From: a virus
Taxonomy: Duplodnaviria > Caudoviricetes
Virus record (IMG/VR): IMGVR_UViG_3300044210_000034
Span: 1 to 57,556 of that record
Length of the DNA: 57,556 nucleotides
Reading direction: 5' to 3' (one strand)
The notes under the pieces are model-generated. The model had not been told where the DNA came from, made no database searches, and saw nothing but the letters and a program-made list of their open reading frames with translations. This document shows positions 43,493 to 53,131 of this stretch, one piece after another. The first letter of the stretch is position 1; the number at the start of each line of letters is the position of its first letter. The position numbers and the translations under genes were made by a program.

Positions 43493-46282
43493 ATGAACGA
43501 CAAGGGGAAGCTGTCAGCGACTACCAGCGGCGAGACGGCCGAGCAGCGCGGGCGCGACGTGCCCGAGGTCTACGGCGTCGCCGCCCCCGACTACTTCCGG
43601 GCCGGGTGGCAGCCGCTGCCCCTGCCGCCCGGTCAGAAGCACGCCCCGCCGTCCGGGTACACCGGTGCCGAGGGCAAGATGATCGGCTCGATCCAGACGA
43701 TCAGGCAGTGGGCGAAGAACCCCCGGGTCGCGGCGGGCAACGTGGGGCTGCACCTGCTGCACCCGTTCGTCGGCATCGACGTGGACACCCACGGCGAGGG
43801 CGACGACGCCAAGGTCGGCGCCACCACCCTGGCGGCGGCCGAGGCCGACCTCGGCGCGCTGCCGCCGACCCTGATCTCGTCGGCGCGACCGGACCCGCTC
43901 GTGAGCGGCATCCGGATCTTCCGGCTGCCCGAGGGCACGCCCCGGCTCACCCCGGGCGCCGAGGGGCTGCTCACCGGCCGGTTCGGGCCGGACATCGACG
44001 TGATCTCGCAGGCGTACCGGTACATCGTCGTCGCGCCCTCGACCAACCCGGACGCGGGCGGCGCGCCCTACCGCTGGTACGTGCAGCACGAGGTGTACGA
44101 GGACGGCTCGGGCGGGCAGGTCGAGCCGCTCGACGGCGTGCCGGACTTCTCGGTGATCGCCACCCTGCCGCAGGCGTGGGCCGACCTGCTCACCTCGGAC
44201 TCGCGCGCCGAGGCGACCGCGCTCGACCCGGCTCGTGCACAGGCTCGTGCACAGGCTGTGGAAAAGGCGCTCGGGTCGGCCCCGAGCGGCCCGTCGGCCG
44301 ACCCGTTCGACCCGGACGACGCCGAGCTGCTCGACCTCGACATCGACGTCGCCGACGCGGCGACCCGGCTGTACTCCCGCGAGCGCGCCGAGGCCGAGGT
44401 CGCCGACCGGCTCGCCCTGGTGCGGGCGTCCCGGCGCGGCCGGATCAACCACACCCTGAAGGACGCGGTCACGTTCCTGTGGCACTTCGTGCCGCACTTC
44501 CTGACGCAGCAGCAGGCGGTCGACCTGCTGCTCGACGCGCAGCGCGACGCATGGGTGCGCTCGGGCGGCAAGGACGACGGCGACTACTCGGGCGCCATGC
44601 AGACGATCAACCACACGGTGAACACCTACATCCCGACGCAGATCAAGTTCGGGCAGTGGTGGGTCGCGGTGCCCGACGAGGACGACGAGGGGAACGAGGG
44701 GGAAACCGAGGGAAAAGCGCAGGTCGGGGCGCCGGTCGAGGCGGACCCCGACGAGGACGACCCGACCGAGATCGACGAGTGGGACGGGCCGAGCGCCTCG
44801 CGCAGCAGTTCGGCGGGCTCGGCGCCGTCGGCCGCGTCGTCTGGTCGGGACGACGTGAGCGAGGCTGACCGGGCCGACATCGAGGCGACCGCCCGCCTGC
44901 GCGAGCAGCGGCGCGCCGAGAAGGCCGCCAAGGTCGAGGCCGAGCAGCTCGCGCAGATGCTCACCGCCGAGCGGATGCGCCGCAAGGCCAAGGCCATGAT
45001 CGACGAGGAGGAAGCGAACCGGCAGGCCGACGAGGCGGCCGTCGCCGCCCTCATGAGCGAGTTCATCACGGCGGCCGACCTCGACGAGATCCCCCCGCCC
45101 GAGTGGCTGGTCGGCGGCGACCCGCACGACGCCAACCTGAAGGGCGCCGGACTGTTCTACCGCGAGACCGTCGCCCGGGTGGTCGGCGCGGGCGGCACCT
45201 ACAAGACCTTCATGATGCTGTCGATCGCTTCGATGGTGGCCCGGGGGCTGCCGTGGTTCGGGTTCTCCACCCGGCCCGGCCCGGTGGTCTACGTGATGGC
45301 CGAGTCCAAGAGCGGCGCCGCGCAGCGGGTGCGGGCGTTCGAGAAGCTCTACGGGCTGCACCCCACCCGGGACCTGCACGTGATCACCCGGCCGGTGCAC
45401 ATGACCGGCCCGGAGTGGCCCGCGTTCGTGGCCGCCTGCAAGCAGCTCGGCGCGGTCATGATCGTGCTCGACACGCAGGCGAAGATGACCACGGGACTCG
45501 AAGAGAACAGCGCGACCGACACCGGCAAGTGGGTGGCCGCCGCCGAGCGGCTGCGCCGCGAGACCGAGGCGTGCGTCGTCCTGGTGCACCACACCGGGCA
45601 CGGCAACAGCGGGCGCGGGCGGGGCAGCTCGGCCGCGTACGCGGGCATCGACACCGAGGTGATGGTCGAACCGGACGGCGAGCGGGTGCTCAAGTACAAG
45701 GTCGTCCGGCAGAAGGAGACCTCGACCGGGCAGACCGGCCGGTTGCAGATGGTCGACTCGGGCGAGTCCATCGCGGTGGCCCTGGTGGACGCCGAGACCG
45801 AGACCCGCGAGCAGCGGGCCAAGGCGATGGCGGCCAGCCTCGACATGACCGCGCTGGCGGCCGACAACCGGCGCGACGGGATCGCCCGGGTGCTGGCCGG
45901 GGTGTTCTCGGGCGGGCTCGGCGCGACCAAGGCCGAGCTGATCGCCACGTACAACGAGAAGCTGCGCGACCTCGGCAAGCTCGAAGCGGGCAAGACGGCC
46001 GCCAAGACGCCGATCTACAAGGCGCTGACCGAGCTTCAGCGCGACGGGCACTTCGAGTACAACCCGAAGCTGTCCGCCCGGTTCGTGCTCTCCCGCGAGG
46101 GCTGCAAGGCCATCGGCGAGGACTACGTGCCGCCCGCGTGGGCCGCCGAGGACGACGACGACCTCGGGGTCGGCGAGAGCGTCGGCGGGGCTGGTGTGGA
46201 CCCGGCGGACGCCCTGCGGGGGGCCATCGGCTCGGGCGGCACGCCCCCGTGGGACGACGAGGACGACATCGAGTTCGACTGA
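43493..46282 (+). CDS. Bifunctional primase-polymerase fused to AAA_25 (RecA-like) helicase
   Basis: GWQPLPL..GQK.P, NVGL, GIDVD, YIVVAPS; GAGGTYKT, IVLDT, LVHHTG, RGRGSSA. Confidence 0.9.
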   Translation: MNDKGKLSATTSGETAEQRGRDVPEVYGVAAPDYFRAGWQPLPLPPGQKHAPPSGYTGAEGKMIGSIQTIRQWAKNPRVAAGNVGLHLLHPFVGIDVDTHGEGDDAKVGATTLAAAEADLGALPPTLISSARPDPLVSGIRIFRLPEGTPRLTPGAEGLLTGRFGPDIDVISQAYRYIVVAPSTNPDAGGAPYRWYVQHEVYEDGSGGQVEPLDGVPDFSVIATLPQAWADLLTSDSRAEATALDPARAQARAQAVEKALGSAPSGPSADPFDPDDAELLDLDIDVADAATRLYSRERAEAEVADRLALVRASRRGRINHTLKDAVTFLWHFVPHFLTQQQAVDLLLDAQRDAWVRSGGKDDGDYSGAMQTINHTVNTYIPTQIKFGQWWVAVPDEDDEGNEGETEGKAQVGAPVEADPDEDDPTEIDEWDGPSASRSSSAGSAPSAASSGRDDVSEADRADIEATARLREQRRAEKAAKVEAEQLAQMLTAERMRRKAKAMIDEEEANRQADEAAVAALMSEFITAADLDEIPPPEWLVGGDPHDANLKGAGLFYRETVARVVGAGGTYKTFMMLSIASMVARGLPWFGFSTRPGPVVYVMAESKSGAAQRVRAFEKLYGLHPTRDLHVITRPVHMTGPEWPAFVAACKQLGAVMIVLDTQAKMTTGLEENSATDTGKWVAAAERLRRETEACVVLVHHTGHGNSGRGRGSSAAYAGIDTEVMVEPDGERVLKYKVVRQKETSTGQTGRLQMVDSGESIAVALVDAETETREQRAKAMAASLDMTALAADNRRDGIARVLAGVFSGGLGATKAELIATYNEKLRDLGKLEAGKTAAKTPIYKALTELQRDGHFEYNPKLSARFVLSREGCKAIGEDYVPPAWAAEDDDDLGVGESVGGAGVDPADALRGAIGSGGTPPWDDEDDIEFD

Positions 46283-46289
46283 GGAACCG

Positions 46290-46535
46290 AGGGGAAAACC
46301 GCAGGTCAGAGGTAGGGGAAAAGATCAACAGCCCCGTGACCTGCGGTTTTCCCCTTTTCAAGATCGCTAAGAGCCCGAAAGGGAAAGAAGGGGAATCGGA
46401 CATGTCGGGCGAGGGGAAAACAGGGGAACGCCCTGACCTGCGGTTTTCCCCTACTTTCCCCTTGTTTCCCCCCCCCCGGGGAAAGAGGGGGAAGACCCCC
46501 CGGGGGCCGTAGGCCCGGGGGTTTCCCCTTCCCCC
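46290..46535. other. Candidate replication origin
   Basis: AGGGGAAAACCGCAGGTCA at 46290 and its reverse complement at 46337 and 46434; many GGGGAA/TTCCCC tracts; directly after Prim-Pol. Confidence 0.6.
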
Positions 46536-46635
46536 ACCGGTCCGAGTGCGGGTACTTCCTCAAGATCACAGAACTACTCAAGCCGGCGTGGTAATGTATA
46601 GGGTGCAGTAAGTCCGACGAGAGGGAGATCATCCG

Positions 46636-46998
46636 ATGTTGTTCACCGAATGGCTCGGCAAGCAGACCGACCGGCCCGACCCGATCGGGGACGTCGCCAG
46701 GGACATGGCCCACGACATCGAGGCGGGGTGCTTCCCGGGCGAGCCGACCGGGTGGCCGGATGCCGTGGCGCACGTCGTGGTCGAGCATGCCCCGGTCGAC
46801 GCGGCGTTCGACGCGCTGTGGAGCGCGGTCACCGAGCACGTGGCGGGGCTCGACGGCCCCGGGCGGCTCGCCGAGCACGCGACCACGTGGACGGTGCTCG
46901 CCGAGTCGAGCCCGCTCGCCGTCCTGGTCTCGACCTCGATCAACCGGGCCGCCGAGGTGACCGGGCTGGCCGACGCCCTGCGGCGCGACCGGCCCTGA
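46636..46998 (+). CDS. Hypothetical protein (YozE-like N-terminus)
   Basis: FTEWL.KQ.DR.DPIGDVARD..D..FP. Confidence 0.6.
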   Translation: MLFTEWLGKQTDRPDPIGDVARDMAHDIEAGCFPGEPTGWPDAVAHVVVEHAPVDAAFDALWSAVTEHVAGLDGPGRLAEHATTWTVLAESSPLAVLVSTSINRAAEVTGLADALRRDRP

Positions 46999-47117
46999 CC
47001 GAACTTCTGCCCGTCCGGGCCGGAACGCCGCCACCAGCGCCCCGTAGCGGCCCGGACGGGCACCAGGACCCCCGAAGATTCATAACAGTGTCAGAACGTT
47101 GTGATAGCCTTTTAATC

Positions 47118-47579
47118 ATGAACGCCGCGACCTCCATCCCCCCGCCGCCCCGAGGCAACGGCAACGCTCCCTGGGCCAAGATCAAGTGCGTGTGGCGCGA
47201 GACGCCCTGCGGCGAGGACGGCGGGGCGCGCAACCTCTGCCGCGAGCACTACCAGCGGGCGTACTACACGAGGGTGATCGACCAGTACCCGCCGAGGGTG
47301 GCCCCGCCCAAACCCGTGGGCCGGTGGTCCAAGCCGGACGGCTACGTGATGTGTCGCCTCGTCGAGGACGGCCCGCTGTTGGTCGAGCACCGGCTCGTGA
47401 TGGAACGCAAGCTCGGGCGCGAGCTGCTGCCCGGCGAGAACGTGCACCACATCAACGGAGTGAGGCACGACAACCGGCCCGAGAACCTCGAACTGTGGCT
47501 CATCCCGCAACCCGCAGGGCAGCGCCGTGGCCAGCGCGCATCGCATTGTCCCGGGTGTCGGTGCGCCGAGCTTGCTTGA
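47118..47579 (+). CDS. HNH endonuclease
   Basis: EHRLVME..LGR.L...ENVHHINGVRHDNRPENLEL. Confidence 0.9.
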   Translation: MNAATSIPPPPRGNGNAPWAKIKCVWRETPCGEDGGARNLCREHYQRAYYTRVIDQYPPRVAPPKPVGRWSKPDGYVMCRLVEDGPLLVEHRLVMERKLGRELLPGENVHHINGVRHDNRPENLELWLIPQPAGQRRGQRASHCPGCRCAELA

Positions 47580-47795
47580 CCTTGCTTGACGCCGTGGCGC
47601 ACAGGGCCGCAGAGAGGCATGATCGACATGGACCGTCCCGAGTACCCACCCTCGGTGCCGCCCGCCTGCTCGGTCTGCGGCGCGGCGCTGGTCGGCCGGT
47701 CCTGCCCGGCCGCGCGCCGTCCCGGCGAGGTCACCCTCGCGGCGATGGCCGCCCTAGTGAGGCTGGTCACGGGCCGCCCCATGCTGCACCCCCTG

Positions 47796-47824
47796 TTGCA
47801 AGACCTGGTAGGTGCTGGTAGGAT
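47796..47824 (+). promoter_or_regulatory. Leaderless helicase promoter overlapped by CTACCAG repeats
   Basis: TTGCAA-17-TAGGAT, ATG at 47831; spacer holds CTGGTAGGTGCTGGTAG. Confidence 0.65.
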
Positions 47825-47830
47825 CGAGCC

Positions 47831-49618
47831 ATGACCGTGACCACCGACCGCCGCACCGGCGGCATCCGTCTTCGCCCCTACCAGACCGAGTGCGTCGATG
47901 TCTTGATCGACCACCTGCACCGACCCCGCCCCGAGGGCGCCATTGGTGACCATCCGCACGTCGCGGCCGTGCTGCCGACCGGAGCGGGCAAGACCGTGAT
48001 CTTCTCGGCGCTCGGCGACGCCTGGCACGCCCGCCACCCCGGCACCCGGGTGATGATCCTCGCCCACCGGGATGAGCTGGTCTCGCAGGCGGTCGCCAAG
48101 TACCGCAACGTCGTGCCGGACGCCAAGATCGGCGTGATCAAGGCCGAGCGGCACGAGGTGCGCGGCGTCGAGGTGATCGTCGCCTCGGTGCAGTCGCTCA
48201 ACGCCCGCCGCCGCGAGCGCACCCCCAAGCCGCACCTGCTGGTGATCGACGAGGCGCACCACAGCACGGCCAAGAGCTACCGCGACATCATCGCGTGGGC
48301 GAACTGCCCGGTCGTCGGGGTCACTGCGACGATGAGCCGGACCGACGGCAAGGCGCTCGGCCGGATCGGCGGCGGGGTGTTCGACGAGATCGTGTACCAG
48401 AAGTCGATCCTGTGGATGATCCGGCAGGGCTACCTGTGCGACGTCAAGGGTCAGCGCGTCGTCGTGGACGACCTCGACCTGACCGGGATGCGCAAGGTCG
48501 GCGGCGACTACTCCGACGGCGCGGTGTCCGAGCGGCTGCTCGGGTCGAGCGCGCCCGAGGCGGTCGCCAAGGCGGTGGCCGAGTACAGCGGCGGGCAGCC
48601 CGGCGTGATCTTCGCCCCGACGGTGGAGAGCGCGCAGGCGTTCACCGAGGCGATGCGCGCGGCCGGGTTCTCCTGCGAGACGGTGTGGGGCGCGATGCCG
48701 CTCGACCGGGACGTCACCAGCCCGCTCGGGGTGGTGGAGCAGAAGAGCCGCCGCCGGGTGCTGCGCGAGTTCAACCAGGGCAAGATCGACTGGCTGAGCA
48801 ACTGCATGGTGCTCACCGAGGGGTTCGACGCCCCGCGCGCCAAGGTCGCCGTGATCGCCCGCGCCACGCAGTCCAGCAGCCTCTACGTGCAGATGGTCGG
48901 CCGCGTGCTGCGCCCGTTCCCCGGCTCGACGCACGCCCTGGTCCTCGACGTCGTGGGCGCCACCGCGCAGCACGAGCTTGCCACGCTGGCCGTGCTCGGC
49001 GGCGACAAGCCCAAGGACACCCAGGGCAAGACCCTGCTCGACCTGTACGGCGCGCCGTGCGACGTCTGCATGATCCCCGCCGACGAGTGCCTGTGGCGCG
49101 ACGGCGAGGCGTGCTGCGAGGACTGCTCGCACCGTCCGGTCGAGGTCGACCGCGAGCCGGTCGAGATCCCGAACGCGATCAAGGCGGTCGAGGCCGACCT
49201 GTTCGCCGGGTCGCGCCAGCAGTGGTTGCAGACCTACGCGGGGTACTGGTTCATTCCGGCCGGTGACCGGGTGATCGCCATCGCGCCCCGGCCCGACGAC
49301 GGCTACGACGTGATCTGGGCGTGGCAGGACAAGCGCGGCGGCGACTTCCTCGTGCGGTGCGTGCCCGACCTCGGCTATGCGATGGCGCAGGGCGAGGCGT
49401 CGATCACCGTGCAGGAAGAGGTGCTCGCGCGCAAGGCGGGCCAGTGGCGCAAGCGCCGGGCCACGCAGAAGCAGATCGACTACGCCAAGCGGCTGGGCTG
49501 CTACACCGCCGGGATGGAGAACGCCCGCTCAGGCGAGGTGGCCGACGCGATCAGCATCCGAAAGGCGTCGGCTCGGGTCGACAAGATGATCACCAAGCGG
49601 CTGGAAGGGGCGGCGTGA
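47831..49618 (+). CDS. SF2 (DEAD/DEAH-like) DNA helicase
   Basis: LRPYQ, PTGAGKT, DEAHH, TAT, LTEGFD, QMVGRVLR. Confidence 0.93.
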   Translation: MTVTTDRRTGGIRLRPYQTECVDVLIDHLHRPRPEGAIGDHPHVAAVLPTGAGKTVIFSALGDAWHARHPGTRVMILAHRDELVSQAVAKYRNVVPDAKIGVIKAERHEVRGVEVIVASVQSLNARRRERTPKPHLLVIDEAHHSTAKSYRDIIAWANCPVVGVTATMSRTDGKALGRIGGGVFDEIVYQKSILWMIRQGYLCDVKGQRVVVDDLDLTGMRKVGGDYSDGAVSERLLGSSAPEAVAKAVAEYSGGQPGVIFAPTVESAQAFTEAMRAAGFSCETVWGAMPLDRDVTSPLGVVEQKSRRRVLREFNQGKIDWLSNCMVLTEGFDAPRAKVAVIARATQSSSLYVQMVGRVLRPFPGSTHALVLDVVGATAQHELATLAVLGGDKPKDTQGKTLLDLYGAPCDVCMIPADECLWRDGEACCEDCSHRPVEVDREPVEIPNAIKAVEADLFAGSRQQWLQTYAGYWFIPAGDRVIAIAPRPDDGYDVIWAWQDKRGGDFLVRCVPDLGYAMAQGEASITVQEEVLARKAGQWRKRRATQKQIDYAKRLGCYTAGMENARSGEVADAISIRKASARVDKMITKRLEGAA

Positions 49619-49836
49619 TGGCGAGCCGAGGGCGCGAGCTGACCCGGCGTCGGCACGCCAAGCACTGCGAGCGCAAGACCCGCTACGAGACCGAGCGGGC
49701 CGCCCGCGCCGACATGCGCGGGATCGTCGGCACCGGCGGGGCGCAGATCGGCTCGCTGAACGTGTACCGGTGCGTGGTCTGCAAGGGCTACCACATCGGG
49801 CACACCCCGACGCAGCGGCGGGCCGATCCCGCCTGA
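49618..49836 (+). CDS. Small Zn-finger protein
   Basis: C..K..Y...YRCVVCKGYHI. Confidence 0.7.
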   Translation: MASRGRELTRRRHAKHCERKTRYETERAARADMRGIVGTGGAQIGSLNVYRCVVCKGYHIGHTPTQRRADPA

Positions 49837-49843
49837 TCAGCGG

Positions 49844-49884
49844 TGCTACACCCCCTTGTGCAGATGCTCAAGGGGGTGTAGCAT
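49844..49884 (+). promoter_or_regulatory. Palindromic promoter/operator; leaderless
   Basis: TGCTACACCCCCTTGTG-CAGATG-CTCAAGGGGGTGTAGCA; ATG 6 nt after TAGCAT. Confidence 0.85.
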
Positions 49885-49890
49885 GTTCCC

Positions 49891-50151
49891 ATGCAGACCT
49901 CGAAGACCTTCACCACCCCGAGCGGCGCCAGGGTGAGCACCCGTGCGAACAAGCTCTACGCCGTCGTGGGCGTCGTCCGGACCCCGGACGGCCCGAGGGC
50001 GAGCGTGATCATGCGGACCGACTTCCTCGACAAGGCCACCGGCCGTCAGCGGTCCGAGGTGGGCCGGATGTCCTGCCCGTTCGCCGCCGTGCACGTCTTC
50101 CGCAAGGCCGACGGCGCCCGGCTGGTCGGCGGGGCATGGGTGGTCTCGTGA
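49891..50151 (+). CDS. Hypothetical protein
   Basis: Leaderless start after the palindrome. Confidence 0.7.
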   Translation: MQTSKTFTTPSGARVSTRANKLYAVVGVVRTPDGPRASVIMRTDFLDKATGRQRSEVGRMSCPFAAVHVFRKADGARLVGGAWVVS

Positions 50152-50426
50152 GCCTCGTCACCGAGCTGGCCGCGCTGCTGCACTCGATGCGCTGCCAATC
50201 GCTGTGGTGGTCGGCCGACTGCCGCGAGCCGGACGGCGGCCGTCACGCCCGCGCCACGTGGCGCCCCGCCGTGCGGGCCGCGCTCGCCGACGACGACCCC
50301 GCGCTCGCCGTGCACGACCTGGTGTGCGACGTCCACCTCGACCCCTGCCACGAGTGCCCGAACCGCGAACGGCACGCCGCGCTGCTGGCGCGGGCGTTCG
50401 ACATCCCCAGGAAGGCAACGCCATGA
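50148..50426 (+). CDS. Cys/His-rich hypothetical protein
   Basis: GTGA/ATGA coupling; repeated H..C...C...H. Confidence 0.6.
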   Translation: MSLVTELAALLHSMRCQSLWWSADCREPDGGRHARATWRPAVRAALADDDPALAVHDLVCDVHLDPCHECPNRERHAALLARAFDIPRKATP

Positions 50427-51349
50427 CCGACGTCCCCAAGCAGTTCCCCTACGGCGGCGGCCCGGCCCGCTACGTGAACCCCCGGCTCGCCGCCGCCCGG
50501 GGCGTCGAGGTCGCCGACCTGCCCGGCGAGGCGCCGGTCTACATCGAGCCCGCATTCGACGAGGCGGTCGACGACGGCTCGCCCGTCGTGGTGGCCGACC
50601 CCGGCGCGGACGCCGACGACCTGTTCGACCTCGACTTCGACGCCGGGTTCGTCGGCGCCCCGGCGCACGCCGACCGGGCCGCGCCCGAGCATGTCGGGAT
50701 CAGTGCCGCCGCCCACCTCCAGCAGGACGTGTTCGCCTACATGGGCTGGGAGTGCGACTGCAAGGCCACCGCCAAGACCGGCATCCCGCCGCGCCACTAC
50801 CAGCAGTACGACCCGGCCCTGCGCGAGGCGGGCACCGAGTGGCCCTACCGGATCATGGTCGCCCCGGGCCGGGGCGAGATCAAGCAGGGCAAGGGCGAGG
50901 GCAACGTCGTCGAGGACGACGCCGAGGGCGCCGAGAAGCTGCCCGCCGTCGAGTGCCCGACCTGGCGCCGGACGGTGCGCGAGTGGGTGCGCCCCGAGCG
51001 GGACTGGTCCAAGGGCAAGCACGGGATCAAGCCGCCCCCGGCGCCCGAGCCCGAGCCGGTGCCGGTCACCCATCCGGCCGGGCCGCTCGGCGAGCCGGTG
51101 CCCATCACCGTGGCCGACCTGCCGCCGCGCTGCACGGCCAAGGCGCTGATGCTGCGCGCGGACACCGCCCACCAGGTCAGCGGGCGCCGGGTGGACGACG
51201 GGCCGGTGGTGACCCGCATCCGGCTGCACGGGCGCACCGAGTCCGGCGCGGTGTGGGTCGCCTACTGGACCGAGGGCAAGTTCGACGGCGCAAGGGTCAA
51301 TGGGGTGCTGTTCAACCTCGCCGAGCTTCGGGCCTACTTGAAGGGATGA
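50423..51349 (+). CDS. Hypothetical protein
   Basis: AGGAAGG SD. Confidence 0.7.
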   Translation: MTDVPKQFPYGGGPARYVNPRLAAARGVEVADLPGEAPVYIEPAFDEAVDDGSPVVVADPGADADDLFDLDFDAGFVGAPAHADRAAPEHVGISAAAHLQQDVFAYMGWECDCKATAKTGIPPRHYQQYDPALREAGTEWPYRIMVAPGRGEIKQGKGEGNVVEDDAEGAEKLPAVECPTWRRTVREWVRPERDWSKGKHGIKPPPAPEPEPVPVTHPAGPLGEPVPITVADLPPRCTAKALMLRADTAHQVSGRRVDDGPVVTRIRLHGRTESGAVWVAYWTEGKFDGARVNGVLFNLAELRAYLKG

Positions 51350-51385
51350 CCTCCACAGCGCAGTGATCATGAAGGGTCAGCCGCG

Positions 51386-51733
51386 ATGACCTCGAAGCAA
51401 CGCCACCCCGAGCGCCCCCACGTCCGCGTGCCCCGCCAGCGCGCAGGCGTGGGGGCGCTGTCCGCGTTCCGCCCGCGCGAGCTGTTCGGGCTGCACCTGC
51501 CCGACCGGCTGCCGTGCGGGCACTGCGGCACGCAGTTGATCGCCTTCATCTGCTGGGACACCGAGATCGAGCGGCTGGCCTGCATCCGCTGCGCCGCCGC
51601 GCTGCACCGGCTCGACCCGACCCGGTTCCTCGCCGTCGGCACCGACGCGAGGGGGCGGGTCGAGGGGATGGGCTTCCTGGTCGCGGCCGACGCCATCGCG
51701 GTGCTGGTGCGCAACGGGGCGCGGATTCTCTAA
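51386..51733 (+). CDS. Zn-finger hypothetical protein
   Basis: CGHC...CIRC. Confidence 0.6.
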   Translation: MTSKQRHPERPHVRVPRQRAGVGALSAFRPRELFGLHLPDRLPCGHCGTQLIAFICWDTEIERLACIRCAAALHRLDPTRFLAVGTDARGRVEGMGFLVAADAIAVLVRNGARIL

Positions 51734-51973
51734 CACGTCCCGTGCATCTGCACGTGCAGGCACATACGACCTGGTCATGCCGATTGTCAAGGGACGACCG
51801 ACATTCACGTCTCGACGCGGTAACAATTCAGGCATACCGTGGTCGATGGACCACGCGCGAGCGAGTGGAGGCGCGGACGCTGGTCCCGGCCGGGGCAGGC
51901 AGTCCACCGCCCCGCGTGCGCTCGGACTCGGGGTCAGCGTCGCGGCGGCTGAAGAGCTTCGAGGGCACACGCA

Positions 51974-52011
51974 GAACGGCCCCTCTTCCCTGACGGGATG
52001 AGGGGCCGTTC
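51974..52011. terminator. Bidirectional terminator
   Basis: GAACGGCCCCTC-TTCCC-TGAC-GGGAT-GAGGGGCCGTTC. Confidence 0.7.
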
Positions 52012-52063
52012 CGTTGCGCCGCCGTGGGGGGTGCGGCGGGCGCGGACGCCGGGATGCGGGGGG

Positions 52064-52333
52064 CTACCCGGCGTCGTCGGTGTGTTCCTTCGTGATGTTG
52101 CCGATCGTGGTCTGCGAGACGCCGAGGATCTTGGCGAGCCGGTACTTGGTCACACGGTACTTGCCGTGCAGACCGAGCACGTCCGCGCGCCGCGTAGTGA
52201 TCAGGGCGTCGACCTCTTCCTGCTTCCGGTTGATGCGCTTCTGTGTGGCGATCATCCGGTCGAGCATGGCCTGCCCCTCGGCGTCGAGGCCGAGCTGCCG
52301 AACGAGCGCGTCCTGCGCCGACTGCGCGGTCAT
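52064..52333 (-). CDS. Small coiled-coil + HTH protein (repressor candidate)
   Basis: VTKYRLAKILGVSQTTIGNI. Confidence 0.75.
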   Translation of the reverse strand: MTAQSAQDALVRQLGLDAEGQAMLDRMIATQKRINRKQEEVDALITTRRADVLGLHGKYRVTKYRLAKILGVSQTTIGNITKEHTDDAG

Positions 52334-52539
52334 CCGCGTGCCTTTCCTTCTGTGGTCGTGACGGTGGCGATCTTGCCCGACCCGCCGCGTGCGCCATACA
52401 GCCACAGCAGCGCGGCGTCGACCACGGCGAACACCTCGGCCAGCCAGCCGAGGACGCCGTAGCCGGACAGCAGCAGCGCGATGGCCGACCCCTGGAAGGT
52501 CAGCCAGCCGAGCAGTGCGGCCACGACGACGAGTCTCAT
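52330..52539 (-). CDS. Small two-TM protein
   Basis: Hydrophobic; coupled to the HTH gene. Confidence 0.6.
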   Translation of the reverse strand: MRLVVVAALLGWLTFQGSAIALLLSGYGVLGWLAEVFAVVDAALLWLYGARGGSGKIATVTTTEGKARG

Positions 52540-52639
52540 GGCTCAACCATAGGCGCCACCCCCTTGAGTATGCAAGCCCCTGTAGCGTACGGTGTCAGTA
52601 GCACCTACCAGTTGTTCCCGACGCACCGGGGGAGATCCC

Positions 52640-53131
52640 ATGCTGACCACCGACCTGTTGGCCTACCCGCTCGCCGCTGCGGCCGGGTTCGTCGCCGCTC
52701 AGGCGCCGAACACCGCGCGGCTCTACTGGCGGTTCATCGCGCTGCCCACCGGCGTGATCGGAACCGCCGCGATCCTGACCCACGACGAACCGCTGTTCGC
52801 CCTCGTCGTGCACCTGTGGCTCGCCGCCAGCCTCGGCGCCGTCCTCGGCCTGTTCGTCGAGTTCGGCGGCGGCTGGTGGCGGCGCGGCCGGGACGACGAC
52901 GGAACGCCCGGCCCGTGGGGGCCGGACCCCGAGGACCACAAGCCGAGCGCCGAGCCGGTCGTGCACGAGGTGCCGACCTCGATCACCCGCGACGGCGCCG
53001 ACCTCGACCTGTGGGCCGACTTCGAGGCGGCACCGCCCGCCCCGGCCGAGCCCGACCGGATGCTGCCGGTCGACACCCGCGAGGGTGCCGCCCTGCGCGC
53101 CGGGCGACTGCGGGGGCGGCGGGCGCGATGA
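52640..53131 (+). CDS. Membrane protein
   Basis: GGGGGAG SD; three TMs. Confidence 0.65.
   Translation: MLTTDLLAYPLAAAAGFVAAQAPNTARLYWRFIALPTGVIGTAAILTHDEPLFALVVHLWLAASLGAVLGLFVEFGGGWWRRGRDDDGTPGPWGPDPEDHKPSAEPVVHEVPTSITRDGADLDLWADFEAAPPAPAEPDRMLPVDTREGAALRAGRLRGRRAR

Noticed and set aside
51734-51850. Lower-GC intergenic stretch as attP
   Set aside because: No integrase and no recognisable tRNA-matching core
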